Shown one piece after another: positions 20,214-24,270 of a stretch of 24,270 nt of DNA (the first letter of the stretch is position 1; every line of letters starts with the position of its first letter). The position numbers were made by a program, and so were the translations under genes. Source of the DNA: Chiloscyllium plagiosum (taxonomy: Eukaryota); contig NC_057720.1 in assembly GCF_004010195.1 (NCBI RefSeq), forward strand, positions 14,706,602-14,730,871, read 5' to 3'. A model generated the notes under the pieces. That model ran no database searches, was not told the origin of the DNA, and was given only the letters and a program-made list of their open reading frames with translations.

Positions 20214-20719
20214 CAAGCAAAACTAATGTCATTTACAAAATACCGTGCAAGGACTGTAAAAACACTACATTGGACAAACAGGCAGAAAACTAGCCACCAG
20301 GATACATGAACACCAACTAGCCACAAAAACAGATGACCCCCTCTCACTAGTATCGTCACATATGGATGAGGAAGGACACCACTTTGGGACAACACAGCCA
20401 TCCTAGGACAAGTCAAACAAAGACATGCACGAGAATGCCTTGAAGCGTGGAATTCCAACCAGAACTCCATCAACAAACATCTCATTAGACCCCATCTACT
20501 ACCCCCTGTGAAAAAAGGGGCAGCAAGTGACTTCACCCCAGGTAATGACATCACCAACCCAAAGAAACCCAAACATAAATAGAAAGCAGGAATGTTCAGC
20601 ATTGCTTCACCTGAGGCTCACTGAAGATGTTACCTATTCACTGGAAATGAACGTTCCAGCCTCAGCAAGCAAACCTATATCCAAAACCTCAACCTGCGCT
20701 ATAAATCTTCTCAAAACTC
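20214..20719 (+). mobile_element. 5'-truncated Penelope-like element (GIY-YIG endonuclease plus pLTR)
   Basis: SKTNVIYKIPCKDC / HYIGQTGRKLATRIHEHQLAT...LEAWNSNQNSINKH (VIY...YIG motif). TSD actgattactaa at 20202-20213 and 20720-20731. Hammerhead partly deleted (ctgaagatgttaccta at 20621). Confidence 0.9.
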
Positions 20720-20778
20720 ACTGATTACTAAACTCAGTGATGGCTGCAGATTTGCACACTGAGCTTTAAGGTTAGTTT

Positions 20779-20818
20779 TCAGACATTTCATCACCATACT
20801 GGGTAACATCTTCAGTGA
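20779..20818 (-). ncRNA. Minimal hammerhead motif (decayed, sense to GTF2B)
   Basis: TCA-CTGAAGA-T-GTTACC-CAGTAT-GGTGAT-GAAA-TG-TC-TGA. Confidence 0.55.
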
Positions 20819-21286
20819 GTCTCCAAATGAAGCACTGGTGGCATAGCCTGCTTTCTATTTATATGTTGGAGCTCACTATGGTTGGTGATATCACTTCCTG
20901 TGGCGACATCATTTCCTTGGGTGATGTCATTTCCTATTCTTTTTCTCATGGAGTGATAAATGAGATCCAAGTCAATGTGTCTGTTGATAGAGTTCCAGCT
21001 GGAATGCCATACTTCTGGAAATTTTCGTGCATGTCTGTTTGGCTTGTCCTGGGATGGATGTATTATCCCAGTTGAAGTGGTGTCGTTCCTCATTCGTATG
21101 CAAAGATACTAGTGAGGGTGGGTCATGTTGTTTGGTGACTAGTTGATGTTCACGTATCCTGGTGGCTAGTTTTCTGCCTGTTTGTCCATAGGAAATGATG
21201 TCACCACAGGAAATTACATCAATAACCCTAGGAAACTCGAAAACAAATAGAAAGCGGGCTACACCACCAGTGCTTCATTCGGAGGC

Positions 21287-21326
21287 TCACTGAAGATGTT
21301 ACCTAATATGGTAACGAAATGTCTGA
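21287..21326 (+). ncRNA. Minimal hammerhead ribozyme motif
   Basis: TCA-CTGAAGA-T-GTTACC-TAATAT-GGTAAC-GAAA-TG-TC-TGA. Perfect 6-bp stem II, stem I TCA/TGA. Confidence 0.68.
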
Positions 21327-23994
21327 AAACGAACCTTTCAGCTCAGTGAGCAAACCTACATCCAGAACCTCAACCTGAGCTACAAATCTTCTCAAAGCTC
21401 GTACACTTGTGATCTCTGACTAAGCCCCACTCTGCAACTGGATCCTCAGTTTCCTGATCCACAGGCCACAGTAAAGACTGGGGACAATATTTCATCTTCA
21501 CTAACAACACTGGAACCCCGCAGGGGGCATACTCAGACTGCTACTGTACTCACTGTATACCCATGACTGCGTTATCAAATACCAGACTAATGCCATTTAC
21601 AAGTTCACTGATGACACCACCATAGTCTCACAACCTAGGTCTCAATGCCAGCAAAACCAAGGAACTCATTATTGACTTTCAGCAGGATGTTACTCAGGTC
21701 CCCCTACAAATTAACAGCACAGAGGTGGAACAAGTGGACAGTGTCAAGCTCCTGGAAGTGGTCATCCACAACAAGCTTTCTAGGACTCTTCATGTGGACA
21801 CACTGGTTACAAAGGCCCAACGTCTCTTCTTCCTCAGGCAGCTGAAGAAATTTGGAATGACTGCAAATACCCTTGCCAACTTTTATAGGTGTGCCATCGA
21901 GAGCACTCTGTCTGGATGTAATACTACTTGGTGTGGCAACTGTTCAGTTCAAGATCAGAGATGGTTATAGAGAGTGGTGAAGTCGGCCTGGACAATCACA
22001 AGGGCCAACCTCCCATCTATAGAATCCATCTATCAGGGTCGCTGTCAAGGAAAGGCCGCCAGCACGCTCAAACATCCATCCCACTGTGGCAATGTTTTCC
22101 TACCTCAGGGAGGTTGTACAATAAGGGAGAAGGTACAGAAGCGTGAACGCACGCACCAGCCGGTTTCAAAACAGTTTCTACCTTACTGTTGTTAGAATAC
22201 TGAATGGACTCATACACTTAACATTCGACTGTACCTGTGCTTTTGTTTTTGCTGTCATTTACTTATTATTTACTTATCTATGCTACTTAACTCTGATCTG
22301 CCTGTACTGCTCGCAAGACAAAGCTTTTCACTGTGCCTCTGTACACGTGACAATAAATTCAATTCAAATCACGAAGACCTAATCTAGTGTATCAAAGGAT
22401 GTTGTGGGAAGTTAGTGAGGAAATTGCAGACCACCTTGCAGAAATATTTGGACCAATTTTTAACCACAGGCGAGATGCCAGATGGCTGATGTTCTGTCTT
22501 TATTTAAGAAGGGACGTAAGGAAAGCCTCAGAACTACAGATCTGAGAGTCTATCTTCGGTGCTGGGTAAATTGAAGTTAATTCTAAAACATAGGACTTAT
22601 ACATATTCGAAGAGGCAAGGAATGGTCAGGGATACTCAATATGGTTTTGTGCAATGGAAATTATGTCTCACAAACTTGGCTACTTCCTCAAAAAACTCAA
22701 TCAAGAAGATTGGTAAGGGCAGAGCAGTCGACATTGTTTATTTGGATTTTTGTAAAGCCTGTGACAAGGTTCCGCATGGTAGACTAATTAGTAAAGTTAA
22801 ATCACATGGGATTCAGGGTGCACTTTCTAATTGGAAACAAAACTGGTTTAATGGCAAGAGACAGTGGCAGAAGGTTGTTTTTCTGACTGGTGTTCCACAG
22901 GGATCAGTGCTGGATCCACTTCTGTTTGCCATTTTCACAAATGATTTAGATGAGAATGTAGAAGGCATGGTTAGCTAGTTTGTGGATGACACCAAAACTG
23001 ATGGTCCAGTGGACAGTGAAGGAGGTTATCTCAGCTCAAAAGAGATCTCGATCAATTGGTTCAAATGGGCTGAGGAGTAGCGGATGGAGTTTAATTTGGA
23101 TAAATGTGAGGTATCGCAATTTGATAAAACAAACAAGGGCAGGACTTATACAATTAGAAAGCAGGCCATGGGCAGTGTTGTAGAACAGAGACTAGGTTTC
23201 AGGTATATAATTCTATAAAGATTGCATCACATGTTGACAAGGTAGTTAAGAATGCATTTAGCATGCTTGCCTTCATTGCTCAGACCTTTAAGCTGTCATA
23301 TTGAGATCATACAGAATGTTGGTGAAGCCTCTAGTTCTGGTCACCATGTCATAGGAAGGAAATTAATCTGGAGGGGTTCAGAAAAAAGTTACCAGGATGT
23401 TGCTTAGAATGGAACATTTGAGTTATAAAGAGGGGCTGGGACTATGTTCAATGGAGCACAGGAGGCTGGGGGGCTGACCTTGTAGACATTGATAAGGTCA
23501 TGAGGTATAGATAAAGGTGAACAGCAAGTATGGATGCCATATACCAAATATGAACAGCTATACGCACCTCTCAAGAGCTCAGCTTTTAACTATGTCTGTT
23601 GAGATCACAAAACATAGTGCAAGACATTAACCTGATTCAAAAACTTGCTACCATCAATTTAAATGATACAAACGTTTTACTGCTCTTTATTGCCTCACTG
23701 AAAAATGGAAATATATGAATCCATATGGGAATAGAGCAGACAGATCTTGTAAAAGCTACTGGAATACTTGCAGCCCATTTACGATGTGAAGGACATGGTG
23801 CAAAATCACAAACCACTTCAACATATTACGTTTACGTGAAAAGTTGCATTAATAAAAGTGACAATAGATATATTGTAATGTCAGATTGCAAATCCTCACT
23901 GCATAGCTTTCAGATCAACCCTGTCCGCTACTTGTTGTTATTGCACCTAGTGCCAAATCACCTGAGATTTATTTTTAATAGCTATTCGTTAAAT

Positions 23995-24210
23995 TGTGAG
24001 CATCACTAGCAATGTCAGCATTTACAGATCATCTACTAGACTTCATAAGGTGTAGCGAGCCAACACATTGCAGTCCCTACAATTGTGGGACACCCACAAT
24101 CCTGTTAGGCATGAATTGCCAGGATTTTGATATAGCAAACAAAAAGAGACAGGTTAAATTTGGGGGTTGGAGAGAAGGGGGGCCTCAAAGGGGAGTTTGG
24201 AGATGGAAAG
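23995..24210 (-). mobile_element. Decayed LINE 3' end (probably the family of 305-900)
   Basis: tcagcatttac...tgcagtcc...acacccacaatcctgttagg...ccaggattttga, recalled as the reverse-complement 3' end of a common shark LINE. Confidence 0.5.
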
Positions 24211-24270
24211 TGAGTCAGAGGCGGAAAGAGAATGAAGGGGATCCCAAAGGAGACAAGAGGGAGGAGTGGG

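Larger units (their letters stand above)
20742..21408. mobile_element. Inverted (palindromic) Penelope-like insertion
   Basis: Minus-strand GIY-YIG/pLTR segment (20742-21188) joined to a plus-strand pLTR (21189 to about 21402). gtgat duplicated at 20737-20741 and 21409-21413. Confidence 0.85.
19796..22365 (+). mobile_element. Rex1/Babar LINE with internal deletions, interrupted by two Penelope-like insertions
   Basis: KCVEDCIQRKSIWVFPNRNSW, IDYNSAFNI, CNWILSFL, TGTPQG, LYSLYTHDC, KFTDDTT, KAQRLFFLRQLKKFG. Tail aataaattcaattcaa. CR1 resumes at about 22366. Confidence 0.88.
17785..23530 (+). mobile_element. Long decayed CR1 LINE (ORF1 esterase, APE endonuclease, RT), split by Rex1 at 19796-22365
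   Basis: ORF1: VFVHIG...RTSKVITSG...GFRLLEHWDILWGRKDLFKKKGFHLN. APE: NFNACSL, AITEIWL, FGSSDHNSIYF. RT: VYLDFCKACDKVPHGRL, GVPQGSVLDPLLF, FVDDTK. Many stops and frameshifts. Confidence 0.9.

Noticed and set aside
22559..23183. Functional reverse transcriptase gene
   Set aside because: Stops, frameshifts and deletions throughout show a dead CR1.
23725..24009. 94-aa ORF in apparently unique sequence
   Set aside because: No recognisable domain or supporting splice context; it is antisense within an intron and its length is compatible with chance.
8514..24270. GTF2B exon 1 and promoter
   Set aside because: No minus-strand MASTSR-like mini-exon or CpG island was seen. Intron 1 appears to extend past the window (over 15.7 kb).

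Overview
Vertebrate genomic DNA, very probably a cartilaginous fish, inferred from HE1-type V-SINEs, CR1/HER1 LINEs, a Deu-type SINE and Penelope-like elements. The only host gene is GTF2B (TFIIB) on the minus strand. Four coding exons, equivalent to human exons 2-5 (107, 134, 147 and 130 bp), have canonical GT-AG boundaries. Exon 1 and exons 6 onward lie outside the window. The introns are dense with decayed, often nested retroelements (CR1, L2, Rex1/Babar, SINEs, a probable solo LTR, Tigger-like MITEs). The most notable signal is a set of Penelope-like (GIY-YIG) insertions carrying minimal hammerhead ribozymes with covarying stems. Three are palindromic with a one-sided tail of about 36-40 nt. 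One is a 189-bp non-coding element, a perfect 60-bp hairpin capped by an intact hammerhead and flanked by a 15-bp target-site duplication. Repeat family names come from recognition by eye, not from a database search.
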